Positions 33,217-44,193 of a stretch of DNA of 64,000 nt are shown here, piece by piece. Source of the stretch: an uncultured Planctomycetaceae bacterium (lineage in GTDB: Bacteria; Planctomycetota; Planctomycetia; Planctomycetales; Planctomycetaceae). The DNA is taken from assembly GCA_963813715.1 (NCBI GenBank), contig CAWFAK010000017.1, positions 992,001 to 1,056,000 on the forward strand. The letters run 5' to 3'. Below the pieces are notes generated by a model that had not been told where the DNA came from, searched no databases, and saw only the letters and a program-made list of their open reading frames with translations. The number at the start of each line of letters is the position of its first letter. Position 1 is the first letter of the stretch. The translations under genes and the position numbers were made by a program.

Positions 33217-33246
33217 TTGACTTGCCCGCGCGGGTCGCCTTATAAC
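33217..33246 (+). promoter_or_regulatory. Sigma-70-type promoter of gmd-fcl
   Basis: TTGACT-N18-TATAAC. Confidence 0.6.
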
Positions 33247-33323
33247 CAAAGAGGGCCACGGAGGGCACCGACAGGTTCACTGCGGGCGTCCCGGCTCGCG
33301 CAATCGCACGTGGAGTCTCAAAC

Positions 33324-34367
33324 ATGGGTCGCCGTGTCGCCTTGATCACCGGAGTGACCGGGCAGGACGGCGCGCTCTTGGCCGAGCTCTTGCTGTCCAA
33401 AGGGTACGCCGTCCATGGCATCAAGCGCCGTTCTTCGTCTTTCAACACGGCCCGCGTCGACCATTTGTATGTCGACCCGCACGAGACCGACGGGCAGTTC
33501 CGGATGCACTACGGGGACATGACCGACGCCACCAACCTCATCCGCATCATCCAGGAGACACAGCCCGACGAGATCTACAACCTGGCCGCCCAGAGCCACG
33601 TGCAGGTCAGTTTCGAAACGCCCGAATATACGGCCAACGCCGATGCGCTCGGCACGTTGCGACTGCTTGAGGCCATTCGCATCCTGAAGATGGAACCGCG
33701 CGTCCGTTTCTACCAGGCGTCGAGCTCGGAGATGTACGGCGACGCACCGCCTCCGCAGGATGAACAGAGTCCCTTTCGTCCCCGCAGTCCCTACGCGGCC
33801 GCCAAGGTCTACGCCTACTGGGTGACGGCCAACTATCGCGAAGCGTACGGCATCCATGCCTCCAACGGCATCCTCTTCAATCACGAGGGCCCGACCCGCG
33901 GCGAAACATTTGTGACTCGCAAAATCACGCGGGCCGTCGCGGCGATCGAGGCCGGCCGCCAAGAGGCCGTCTATCTTGGGAACCTCGATGCTCACCGCGA
34001 TTGGGGCCACGCTCGCGATTTCGTCGACGGGATCTGGCGGATCGTGCAGCAGGACCAACCGGACGACTATGTCCTGGCGACAGGCGAGTCACACACCGTG
34101 CGCGAATTCGTGGAACGGGCATTCGCGGCAATCGACATGCCGCTCGCTTGGCGCGGTGCGGGGATCGACGAACAAGGCCTCGACGCCCGGGGCACCTGTC
34201 GGGTGGCCATCGATCCGCGTTATTTTCGTCCCACGGAAGTCGTCGCCCTGTTGGGCAATCCGGCCAAAGCCCGCGAGCGGCTCGGTTGGAAACACACCGT
34301 CGGTTTTGAACAACTTGTCCGCGAAATGGTGCAATCCGATCGCGAGCTGCTCGCAAAGGGTTCCTAG
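33324..34367 (+). CDS. gmd: GDP-mannose 4,6-dehydratase
   Basis: [47 protein letters not shown]. Confidence 0.97.
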   Translation: MGRRVALITGVTGQDGALLAELLLSKGYAVHGIKRRSSSFNTARVDHLYVDPHETDGQFRMHYGDMTDATNLIRIIQETQPDEIYNLAAQSHVQVSFETPEYTANADALGTLRLLEAIRILKMEPRVRFYQASSSEMYGDAPPPQDEQSPFRPRSPYAAAKVYAYWVTANYREAYGIHASNGILFNHEGPTRGETFVTRKITRAVAAIEAGRQEAVYLGNLDAHRDWGHARDFVDGIWRIVQQDQPDDYVLATGESHTVREFVERAFAAIDMPLAWRGAGIDEQGLDARGTCRVAIDPRYFRPTEVVALLGNPAKARERLGWKHTVGFEQLVREMVQSDRELLAKGS

Positions 34368-34412
34368 TCCAGGTCTTTGTCGACTGATCGACCGTTGCAG
34401 GCCAATACATCG

Positions 34413-35381
34413 ATGACCGCACGACACCAATTCGAATGTCCCTTTCGCCTGGCCAACCGCCGCGTCTGGGTGGCTGGCCACGGCGGCATGGTCGGGCAGG
34501 CATTGGTGCGGCGACTGCAAAAAGAAAACTGCATTCTCCTGACAGCCGAGCGGACCCTTGATCTGCGCCGCCAGCGCGAGACCGAGGACTGGATTCGCGA
34601 CAACCGTCCCGACGCGATCTTTCTGGCCGCGGCCAAGGTCGGCGGGATCCTGGCCAACGACACGCGGCCGGCCGAATTCCTGTACGACAATCTGCTAATT
34701 CAGGCCAACGTCATCGAGGCGGCGTGGCGCTCTGGCGTGAAGAAGCTGCTGGCGTTGGGGTCTTCGTGCATTTATCCCAAGGAGTCGCCGCAACCGCTGA
34801 CCGAAAGCGCCCTCCTGACAGGGCCGCTGGAGCAGACAAACAAAGCTTACGCGATTGCGAAAATTGCCGGTCTGATGCTCTGCGAGAGTTATCGCCGGCA
34901 GCATGGCGCCGACTTCATTGCGGCGATGCCGACCAACCTGTACGGTCCCGGCGACAATTTCGATCTCGAATCGAGCCATGTCGTTCCGGCGCTCATGCGC
35001 AAGATCGAGGAAGCCGCTCGGCTGGGAAAGTCGGCGGTCACGATCTGGGGCACCGGCCGGCCGCGGCGCGAGTTTCTCCACGTCGACGACTGTGCCGATG
35101 CGCTCGTGCATCTCATGACGCACTATTCCGGCGACGAGCACGTGAACGTCGGCACCGGCACCGACATCGCAATTCGCGACCTGGCCGCTTTGATCGCCGA
35201 GATTATCGGCTACCGGGGCGAGTTTGTTTACGACATGTCGAAGCCGGACGGGACGCTCGTCAAGCGACTCGACGTGAGCCGACTCAGCGAGCTGGGCTGG
35301 AAGGCCTCGATCGATCTCGAAGCGGGACTGCGGCAAACCTACGAGTGGTACTGCCACCGCGCGCAGGCTGTCCGCGTCTGA
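34413..35381 (+). CDS. fcl: GDP-L-fucose synthase
   Basis: AGHGGMVG, AAAKVGGI, LGSSCIYP, YAIAK, MPTNLYGP, SHVVPAL, REFLHVDD. Confidence 0.97.
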   Translation: MTARHQFECPFRLANRRVWVAGHGGMVGQALVRRLQKENCILLTAERTLDLRRQRETEDWIRDNRPDAIFLAAAKVGGILANDTRPAEFLYDNLLIQANVIEAAWRSGVKKLLALGSSCIYPKESPQPLTESALLTGPLEQTNKAYAIAKIAGLMLCESYRRQHGADFIAAMPTNLYGPGDNFDLESSHVVPALMRKIEEAARLGKSAVTIWGTGRPRREFLHVDDCADALVHLMTHYSGDEHVNVGTGTDIAIRDLAALIAEIIGYRGEFVYDMSKPDGTLVKRLDVSRLSELGWKASIDLEAGLRQTYEWYCHRAQAVRV

Positions 35382-35447
35382 CGCTCGAGGGATCTCTTCG
35401 GGCCCGGTCATTCCGGGGTCGCCATGTCGGAACTTCCTGACGAAGTT

Positions 35448-35900
35448 CTAATCGCCGCAGCCGCACTCCAGGTTCATCGCCGTCTGCAACAAACGCGTCT
35501 CGTGGCGTCGATGCGAGATCTGGCGAGTCATCCATTGACGGACGGCTGAGTTCACCCGAACCGCGTCGCGCTCGTAGGGACCAGGCGTGTCCAGACGGTC
35601 ACGCAGCGCCTGCAGCGACAACACCAAGAGGCGTTGCTCGTTCTGCAAGTCCTCGACGTGCCGGTACCAACTTGGATACTCGTCGAGAACTTCGCTCAAA
35701 TAGCCGCTGGATTCCTTTAATGCCATTTGGCGCGGCAAGGTGTCTAGCAATGCGTCGAGAACGGCGATCAGCCAGCTGCGCGTGAATTGATCGGCCGGTT
35801 CCTCGAGCAGATCGCGAAGATCGCCGAGCAGGATGTATTCCAGGGCCGTGTAGTCTTCGAGGCTTTCGCAGGCTGCCGCGTCGAAGTGGATGCGGTCCAT
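35448..35900 (-). CDS. Degenerate hemerythrin-like helical protein
   Basis: All-alpha pattern; LKESSGYL, LQNEQ, HRRHE; strong SD AAGGAGGT upstream. Confidence 0.6.
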   Translation of the reverse strand: MDRIHFDAAACESLEDYTALEYILLGDLRDLLEEPADQFTRSWLIAVLDALLDTLPRQMALKESSGYLSEVLDEYPSWYRHVEDLQNEQRLLVLSLQALRDRLDTPGPYERDAVRVNSAVRQWMTRQISHRRHETRLLQTAMNLECGCGD

Positions 35901-35952
35901 CGTGTGACCTCCTTCACTTACGTGCCAGGATGCGTCGGGCAGTGCGTGCCAT

Positions 35953-35968
35953 TGCAGATTGTGTGCCG
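35953..35968 (-). promoter_or_regulatory. Candidate sigma-54 promoter
   Basis: Minus strand CGGCACACAATCTGCA (GG-N10-GC), ~53 bp upstream of ATG 35900. Confidence 0.65.
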
Positions 35969-36178
35969 AAGCGGCGGCAGCGACTTCGACCCGACGCGAT
36001 CAACTCCTTTGTCCACGGTCGACGCCCTCCTTTGCGGACCGGCCCTGGAAACCGGCGTCTGAATTTCACGGCGAATACCGCGAATTCTCGGACGCCGCTG
36101 ACCCGTTGACTGCTTCCACTCTTGAGTCTACGTCGGCCCAAACCGAAGGTCAAAGAAAATCCGGGGCGACCGGATTCT

Positions 36179-37195
36179 TCAACTCAATTTGTAAAATTGA
36201 ACGGCGTTATCGTGAAACAGCCGCTTCTGGAACTCGCGCGAACGTCTGGCGACGATGGACTCGAGCGCCGCCAGCCACTGCTGCCAGGTTGCCACGCCGG
36301 TGCAGACGGGCCAATCGCCTCCGAAAAACACGCGCCGGTCGCCAAACGTCTCGAGACAGAAATTGATCGTTGGCGCGAGGTCAGCGGGCTTCCAGTGGCC
36401 GGGCCGGGCGGTCGCCACGATCCCCGAAATCTTGCAAACCACGTTCGAGTGCGCGGCGGCTTCGTGCATCGCGCGTTCCCACTCTGTTCGTGCCTTCGCG
36501 TCAGTCGATTGCGAGTCCCAGTTGCCGCAATGATCGATCACGAAACGCGTCTGTGGGGATTTGTCGATGAGCCGAACGGCGTCCATCATCTCCGCGGACC
36601 TCATACAGAGATCGAAACTCAGTCCCAGCTGGCCAAGCAGATGGACGTTTTCGACGAACTGCCGTTCCAGGCACATTCCTTTGGGGCGATCGGGGTCGTG
36701 CAGCACCATCCGCACCCCTTTGACGTACGGATTCTGCGCATACTCCTTGATGTAATCCGCGAACCGCTCACTTTGCATCGACCCGCCGATAACCGCCCCG
36801 GCCATCCGGCTTCCCGGCTGGCGGCATAAGTTGATGACGTACTCGGCTTCGACTGTGTGCTGCCGCGGATCGCAGGCCACCTCCATGTAGATGGTCTTGA
36901 CGACGTTCGCGCCCGCCGTGGCCGCGTCATAATCCTTGAGCAAGTAGTTGTGCGCCAACGGCTTGCCCTTCGGCAAACTCATCCAGGGGAGCCGCAGCTT
37001 GCTCAAGTCCCACAAATGCACATGCGTATCGACAATCGGGAATGCGTCGCGGAACACGGAATTCCCCTGGGCCGCCGCCAGCGTGGCCGTCACTTGGCCG
37101 GCGGCCGACGTCGCCAGCGCGGTTCCGGCCGCGGAAAGAAAGTCTCGCCGGGAGACGTCGGCCAGAGCACCGCGGTCCAAGACATTTGCAGCCAT
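36179..37195 (-). CDS. Tat-exported amidohydrolase_2-family protein (sugar lactonase-like)
   Basis: SRRDFL, DTHVHLW, KGVR, IDHCG, CKISG, FGGDWPVC. Confidence 0.9.
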   Translation of the reverse strand: MAANVLDRGALADVSRRDFLSAAGTALATSAAGQVTATLAAAQGNSVFRDAFPIVDTHVHLWDLSKLRLPWMSLPKGKPLAHNYLLKDYDAATAGANVVKTIYMEVACDPRQHTVEAEYVINLCRQPGSRMAGAVIGGSMQSERFADYIKEYAQNPYVKGVRMVLHDPDRPKGMCLERQFVENVHLLGQLGLSFDLCMRSAEMMDAVRLIDKSPQTRFVIDHCGNWDSQSTDAKARTEWERAMHEAAAHSNVVCKISGIVATARPGHWKPADLAPTINFCLETFGDRRVFFGGDWPVCTGVATWQQWLAALESIVARRSREFQKRLFHDNAVQFYKLS

Positions 37196-37219
37196 GACAA
37201 CGAATCCTTCTTCAAACTT

Positions 37220-37612
37220 CTAAACGCGCTCGATCCGCGCGATGTCGTCGATCGAAATCGGGCCGATCTCTGACGCGCGTCCGGACGCACCCGGCTCGTC
37301 TGACAACAGAAACAACCGCCCCGCTGCACTTTTGCGATTGTCGGGATATCCGGAGTGCACCTGCTCGTTCCGCAGGGTGACGCGAACCGCGTTCGTCTCG
37401 TTCACGCCGGCCAATCCCTCGTGCACAATCTCCGGAAATCGGCTCCACGCCCACGTCCACAACGTGGACTTGGGGTCCACCTTGCCGGCGATGTCCTCCC
37501 ATTCCAGCTCGGCTCGTTTGAGGTCGGCCAGTCGCGCGGAACCGCACCATGGCTTGAGCACCTGCTCCAGCCAATCGCGGCGTGAAGCAATGAGATCGGC
37601 AAAAGTGTTCAC
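37220..37612 (-). CDS. Hypothetical protein, possible Sm/SH3-like C-terminal barrel
   Basis: 130-aa ORF with GTG start and GGAG SD; Trp-rich N-terminal half. Confidence 0.65.
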   Translation of the reverse strand: MNTFADLIASRRDWLEQVLKPWCGSARLADLKRAELEWEDIAGKVDPKSTLWTWAWSRFPEIVHEGLAGVNETNAVRVTLRNEQVHSGYPDNRKSAAGRLFLLSDEPGASGRASEIGPISIDDIARIERV

Positions 37613-37760
37613 GACTCCGATTTTCTCATGCCCGGATCACTTTTCGCCACCGAACGCGTTTTGGTCAGGCTGGTCAGCGGATTGCGTTGGACGGTCGTCG
37701 AAGCACGCGTTAACATTAAACTCCATTGATGCGTCGATTGCCGCCCGCCGGTGACGATCA

Positions 37761-40700
37761 ATGAAGCGCTCCCGCCTGGGTCTCCCGCCCCACGCCTTCC
37801 TGCTTTCGGCGATTTGTTCGGTCTGCTGCCTGTCGTTGCTGGCACGTCCGTCCTGCGCTGAAGGACCAGCCACAGGGAGAGCCAAAGATCCGGCGAAGAT
37901 CGAATTCGCCACCCAAATTGAGCCGATTTTCGCCCAACACTGCCTCGAGTGCCACGGCGGCAAAGACTCGCAATCGGGCCTGCGACTCGACAGCCTGGGG
38001 GCAATCCTCAAAGGAGGCGACCGCGGAGCGGCAGTCGTTCCCGGCAACGCAGCCAAGAGTCTGCTCGTGAAGGCTCTCCAAGGTGAAGGCGACCTGACGC
38101 CGATGCCGGCCGAGGCGCCTCGCCTGTCGAAAGAAACCATCGCCCGCGTGGTCCGCTGGATCAATGAAGGGGCGACCGGACCGGCCGAATCGACGGTCGG
38201 GCCGCGACCGACGCACTGGGCGTTTGTTCCCGTCGCTCACCCCCGCGTGCCGGCAATGGCTCCCGACGATCGCCCGGGCAATCCCATCGACGCCTTCATC
38301 CGGCAGCGGTTGGCGGCCGAACGACTTGCCCCGTCACCCGAGGCTGATCGATCCACGCTGATCCGCCGCCTCAGTTTTGATCTTCGGGGGCTGCCGCCGA
38401 GTCCCGATGAAGTGGAAGAATTCCAACGCGATGCCCGCCCGGACGGCTACGAACGGCTCGTCGACCGCATGCTGGCGTCGCCGGCTTACGGCGAGCGGTG
38501 GGGACGTCACTGGCTTGACCAGGCCCGCTATGCGGATTCCAACGGCTACACCGTTGACAGTCCGCGGCAAATTTGGCGCTATCGAGACTGGGTCATCGCC
38601 GCCACGAATGCCGATGTGCCGTTCGATCGCTTCGCGTTGGAACAGCTGGCCGGCGACCTGCTGCCGAAGCCGACACCCGACGAACTGGTCGCCACCGGCT
38701 TTCACCGCAACACACTCACCAACGAGGAAGGCGGCGTCGACAAGGAGCAATTCCGCGTCGAGTCGGTGATCGATCGCGTCAACACGACGGGCACGGTCTT
38801 CCTGGGGCTCACAGTCGGCTGTGCCCAGTGCCATCAGCACAAGTTCGACCCGATCTCCCAGCGCGACTACTACAACCTCTTCGCGATCTTCAACAACTGC
38901 GATGAGCCGGCCTTGCAGGTGGCGACGGCCGACCAGGCGTCGCAATTGAAACGGTTGACGCGCGAGATTGCGAAGGCCGAACGCCCGCTCGTCGAGTACG
39001 ATCGCGCTCTGCGGTCGCGGCAAACCGCGTGGGAGCAGACAATCGCCGCGCGGCCGCCGGTGAATTGGGAAACGGCAGCACTGTCAACGGTCCGCACCGA
39101 AAAAGGAACGCAACTCAATCCGGTCGGCGACGGTTCGCTCGTCGTCGATTTCAGCGTCCCGGCCAACGACACGTATCACCTCGAGTTCGACGTTCCCTCC
39201 GGCAAGGTCGATGCGATCCGGCTCGAGGCCCTGACGCATCCGAGCTTGCCGCTCTCGGGCCCGGGCCGAAGCGACGCCACTGGCAACTTTGTGCTGAGCG
39301 AGTTCGAGGTGAATGCCCGCCCGCTGGCCGGCAGTGCGATTCGAGGATGGATGCCGATCAAGCTGGCGGCCGCCGTCGCCGATCATTCACAGGAGGGCTA
39401 TCCCGCTGCGTTTGCCGTCGACGGCGACCGCGGCACGGGCTGGGCGATCGGCACGAAATTTGGCAATCCGCACATCCCTCGCGAGCTGATGGTCATTCCG
39501 CGAAATCCGATCCGCATGGCCGGCGGTGTGCGGTTGAAAGTCGTGCTTCGCCACGAGCACTCGGAGCCAAACTACCTCGTCGGCTGCGTACGACTGAGCA
39601 CGGCAGTCGGCCCGGTTGAAGCGTTGCAGGTCCCCAATTCCATCCGCGGCCTGGCGCTGGTCCCAGCCAATAAGCGCACCCGACAGCAGCGCGCCGAGTT
39701 ATCGGCAGCCTTTTACGAAACCGACGTCACCCGTAGACCGCTGGGGGCTCGCGTCGCGGTGCTCAAGTCGCAGAAAGCAGCGCTCGATCGGCGCGTGCCG
39801 ACGACCCTCGTCCTGAGCGAGCGAAAAATTCCCCGCGACTCGCATGTGCTGATCCGCGGCGACTTCCTCCGCCTGGGCGCCGTCGTGACCGGCGGCGTGC
39901 CGGAGTTCCTGCCGCCGTTGCCGCCCTCGAAGGAGCAGCCGACGCGGATCGATCTGGCTCGCTGGCTGTTTGACCCGGCCAATCCCCTCACCGCCCGCGT
40001 GACCGTCAATCGCGCCTGGGAACACTTCTTCGGCACGGGATTGGTCGACACGGAAAACGACTTCGGCACCCAGGGCTCGCGTCCCACGCATCCCGCGCTT
40101 CTCGACTGGCTCGCCGGCGAGTTGGTGCGACGCGGATGGAGCCAAAAGAGCCTGCACCGCTTGATCGTCACGTCGGCAACCTATCGGCAATCGTCGGAGC
40201 TGCGAGAAGATTTGATTGTCCGCGATCCCGGCAACCGCTGGCTCGCGCGGCAATCGCGGCTTCGCCTGGAAGCGGAATCGGTCCGCGACGCGGCACTCAC
40301 CGCCAGCGGTCTCTTGTGCCGCAAGATCGGTGGCCCCAGCGTCCACCCGCCGCAGCCTGAAGGCTTTTTTGTGATTACGCAGCAAAAAAAGGCGTGGCCC
40401 GAAAGCCAGGGAGCCGATCGTTATCGCCGCGGCATGTACACCTACTTTTGGCGGAGCAGCCCGTACCCGATGCTGCCGACATTCGATGCTCCCGACGGCA
40501 ATACCACCTGCACGCGCCGCAATCGCTCCGACACCCCCCTTCAAGCCCTGACCTTGGCCAATGACCGGGTCTTTGTGGAAATGTCAGACGGCCTGGCCGC
40601 CCGCATTTTGCGCGAGGCAGGCGGCGATCACCGGCGCAGATCCGGCGAGCTTTTTTGGTTTGTCTCGCCCGCGAACCAAGCGCGGCCGAAGCAGACCGGC

Positions 40701-40801
40701 TCGGCACGTTTCTGGCGGCTCAGACAGGTCCACCGAGCGAAGCCTGGCGCGCCGCCGCCCGTGTCCTGCTCAATCTTGACGAATTCATTACCCGGGAATG
40801 A
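37761..40801 (+). CDS. Planctomycete cytochrome c / DUF1549 / DUF1553 (PSD1) protein (frameshift ~40635)
   Basis: CLECH, HWAF, NPIDAF, YGERWGRHWLD, CAQCHQHKFDP, NPLTARVTVNR, TPLQAL; corrected end NLDEFITRE*, overlapping the next ATG. Confidence 0.93.
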
Positions 40802-42260
40802 ACCCGATGCGTCCAGACGAAACCGAATTACGCAACCTGACCCGGCGGCACTTCTTCGCCGAATCCAGTCTGGGCATTGGCTCGGTTGCTCTGGCGTCGC
40901 TCCTTAGCGGCAATCAGCTTCTGGCCGCACCGACCACGGCGGCCAATGCGCGTCAAACCAATCCACTGGCGCCGGCATTGCCGCACTTCGCCGCGAAGGC
41001 CAAGCGGGTGATCTTCCTGTTCATGGCAGGCGGCCCGAGCCAGCTGGAACTGTTCGACAGTAAACCGAAGCTGCAGGAACTGGACGGCCAGGTGATCCCC
41101 GCTTCGTATGTGAAAAACAAGCGATTCGCCTTCATCAAGCAAGACGCCAAACTCCTGGGCACACGACGCAAGTTTCGCCGCTATGGCCAAAGCGGCCTGG
41201 AAATATCGACGCTTCTGCCACACCTGGGTTCGGTCATCGACGAATGCACACTTATTCGCAGCATGAAGACCGACGTTTTCAATCACGGGCCCGCCAAGTT
41301 GTTCGTCAATACGGGCTCTTCGCGATTCGGCCGTCCGTCGATGGGGGCCTGGGTCACGTACGGGATCGGCAGCGAATCCGAAAGTCTCCCCGCGTTCGTC
41401 GTGTTGCTCTCGGGCCGCGCGGGCCGCGGGGCGGAGCCCCTCTGTGGGGCAGCGGATTCTTGCCGACGACCTATCAGGGCGTCGCGTTCCTGAACGGGTC
41501 CGAGCCGATTCTCAATTTGTCGAATCCGCAGGGTGTCGACCGCCGCGCACAGGGCGAATTTGTGGCTGCGGTGCGCGATCTGAATTCGTTACGGCTCAAC
41601 CAGGTTCGCGATCCGGAAATTTCGACCCGCATCGCCGCGTACGAAATGGCTTACCGGATGCAGACCAGCGCCCCCGAGCTCATGGACCTCACTCGCGAGA
41701 CGAAGCAGACGCTGGCCGATTACGGTGCCGATCCGCACACGCCGTCGTTCGCCCGCAACTGCCTCCTGGCCCGCCGGCTGATCGAAAAGGGCTCGCGTTT
41801 CGTGCAGCTTTATCACACCGATTGGGACCATCACGGCAATCCAGGCACAAACCTGGGACAGCCGCTCGACGACCGCTGTCGCGAAGTCGACCGGCCGGCC
41901 GCGGCGCTCATTCGCGATCTCAAGCAGCGGGGACTACTCGACAGCACGCTGGTCATTTGGGGCGGCGAATTCGGCCGCACACCACAGGGCGAGCCCCGCG
42001 AAGTCCCCGGTCGCGATCACCACATCGAAGCCTACACGATGCTCTTGGCCGGCGGCGGCCTCAAAGGCGGCACGAGCATCGGCCAAACCGATGAGATCGG
42101 CTACTACGTCACGGAAGACCCGGTGCACGTTCACGACCTGCAGGCGACCGTGCTGCATTTGTTGGGACTCGACCACAAACGGCTCACGTACCGGTTCCAA
42201 GGTCGTGATTTCCGCCTGACCGACGTGGCCGGGAATGTGGTGCGGAAAGTCCTGGCATGA
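40798..42260 (+). CDS. DUF1501 protein with Tat signal (frameshift ~41412)
   Basis: TRRHFF, FLFMAGGPSQLE, WDHH, WGGEFGRTP, GRDHH, GRDFRLTDV. Confidence 0.93.
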
Positions 42261-42655
42261 ATCGCGACGCCGTCCTGCGCAAGGTGCTGTGGGCGACGGT
42301 CGTGTACAACTTGCTCGGAGCATCGGCGTTTGCGTTCCCGGCTTCTGTGGGGCAACTCGCCGGCTTACCACTGCCAGTTCCGCTGGTTTACAGCGTGATG
42401 CTCACGCTCTTTGTGCTGCTCTTCGGGGCGGCATATGCCTGGCTGGCACTTCAGCCGACGATCGACCGGCCGATGGTCGGTTTCGCCGCCTTCGGCAAAG
42501 CAAGCGTGTTCGTGGCGGCGGTCGTCTTATGGGCAACCGGCAATGCGTCCGCGTGGCTGATCCCCGGCGCGACGGGCGATCTGATTTTCGCGGCCGTCTT
42601 TGCCTGGTGGTTGCGGGCAACGGCTGCCGCTCCCACGGTCACCACCAACCGGTAA
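42257..42655 (+). CDS. Small ~4-TM membrane protein
   Basis: Hydrophobic 132-aa ORF; ATGA overlap with DUF1501. Confidence 0.75.
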   Translation: MNRDAVLRKVLWATVVYNLLGASAFAFPASVGQLAGLPLPVPLVYSVMLTLFVLLFGAAYAWLALQPTIDRPMVGFAAFGKASVFVAAVVLWATGNASAWLIPGATGDLIFAAVFAWWLRATAAAPTVTTNR

Positions 42656-42695
42656 CGTCCCCGCGAACGAGCAGGAGTTCGCCCGATGAACCGGT

Positions 42696-44150
42696 TCACT
42701 CGGCCGTGCCGGGGTCCGACAGCAATTGCTTTTCGATCGCCAAGCCCAAGCTTCGCATCTTGGCTCGCAAGGTCGTTCGTGAGATCCCCAGGACTTCGGC
42801 CGCCTGCACCTGGTTGCCTTTCACGTGCCGCAGCACCGTCTCGAGCACCAGGCGATCGACCGTGGTTGTGACCTTTTGATAAATGTCCGATTCGCCGCGC
42901 CGCATCAGTTCGCTCACCATCTCGACTACGCGCAGATTCTCGGAACTCGACTCGGGTCCCGCGGCCTGGCCGGAGGGTTCTTCTCGCAGATGGGAGGGAA
43001 GGCAATCGAGCGTAATCACTTCGGTGGGCGACTGGACGTAGGCGTGCTTGATCGCGCTCTGCAGCTCGCGAACGTTGCCCGGCCACGGGTAAGCCTCGAG
43101 CAGGCGGAGTGCGTCGGGCGCCACCGAGGTCACCCGCTTGTGCAGGTCGCGGTTTAAAGTTCGCAGAAAGTGCGCAATCAACAGCGGCAGGTCGTCTCTG
43201 CGCTTGCGAAGCGGCGGCAGTTGAATCGTCACGACCTTCAATCGATAGAGCAAATCCGAGCGAAACTCGCCGGCGGCCACCTTGCGTTCGAGGTCCTGAT
43301 TCGTGGCGGCAATCACGCGGACGTCGGTGCGAATGGTTTCCTCGCCGCCAACCCGTTCGAACTGCTGTTCCTGCAGCAGTCGCAAGAGCTTGGGCTGGGT
43401 GGCCAGTGTCATGTCGCCGATTTCGTCGAGGAACAATGTCCCCTTGTCGGCCTGCTCGAAGATGCCGATCCGGCGTCGATCGGCCCCGGTGAACGACCCC
43501 TTTTCGTGTCCGAAGAGCTCGCTTTCGAGTAATCCCTCGGGCATGGCGGCGCAGTTGATCGCCAAAAACGGCCCCTGGCTGCGGCCGCTGTGCTGATAGA
43601 TCGCCCGGGCCACCAGCTCCTTGCCGGTTCCGCTTTCCCCCTGCAGCAACACGGGGACGTCGAGCGGAGCGACGCGGCCGATCGTCTTATACAGGTCCTG
43701 CATTTCCGGAGTGTGCCCGACGATGCGGTCGACCGTTCCCTCGTCGGCGACTTCGTCCTCGGCAAAGACAGCCGGCACGTGACGCAGTCGGCTCAATTCG
43801 ATCGCTTTGTTCACCAGCTCGCGCAGTTGATGGAAGTCCACCGGCTTGAGCAGGTACTCGAAGGCTCCCCGCTTGGTCGCCTCGATCGCCGTGTCGGCCG
43901 TGCTAAAGGCCGTGATGATGATCACCGGCAAACGGGGATCGATGCGGCGAATTTCCTCGAACGCTTCCAGGCCCGGCTGATCGGGCAGACGCACATCGAG
44001 AATCACGGCGTCGGGAGGCTGGCGTCGGACGGCCTCGATCCCCAGGCGCGCGGTCCCGGCCGTCGCCACCTCAAGCGTCTCGGAACTCAGGCTCTTGACC
44101 AGCGAGTATTGCAGGTTCGGTTCGTCGTCAATGACGAGCAATCGGGCCAT
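42696..44150 (-). CDS. Sigma-54-dependent response regulator (NtrC family)
   Basis: Receiver domain, GESGTGKE, ESELFGHEKGSFTGA, LFLDEI, WPGNVREL, Fis-type HTH. Confidence 0.96.
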   Translation of the reverse strand: MARLLVIDDEPNLQYSLVKSLSSETLEVATAGTARLGIEAVRRQPPDAVILDVRLPDQPGLEAFEEIRRIDPRLPVIIITAFSTADTAIEATKRGAFEYLLKPVDFHQLRELVNKAIELSRLRHVPAVFAEDEVADEGTVDRIVGHTPEMQDLYKTIGRVAPLDVPVLLQGESGTGKELVARAIYQHSGRSQGPFLAINCAAMPEGLLESELFGHEKGSFTGADRRRIGIFEQADKGTLFLDEIGDMTLATQPKLLRLLQEQQFERVGGEETIRTDVRVIAATNQDLERKVAAGEFRSDLLYRLKVVTIQLPPLRKRRDDLPLLIAHFLRTLNRDLHKRVTSVAPDALRLLEAYPWPGNVRELQSAIKHAYVQSPTEVITLDCLPSHLREEPSGQAAGPESSSENLRVVEMVSELMRRGESDIYQKVTTTVDRLVLETVLRHVKGNQVQAAEVLGISRTTLRAKMRSLGLAIEKQLLSDPGTAE

Positions 44151-44193
44151 CAGCACAACTCAGAAGATTCTTGAACGGAAGGACCCCACTTGA

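Noticed and set aside
33324..37195. Fucose synthesis/recycling module (gmd-fcl plus lactonase-like gene)
   Set aside because: Opposite strands, an intervening gene, and the amidohydrolase substrate cannot be assigned.
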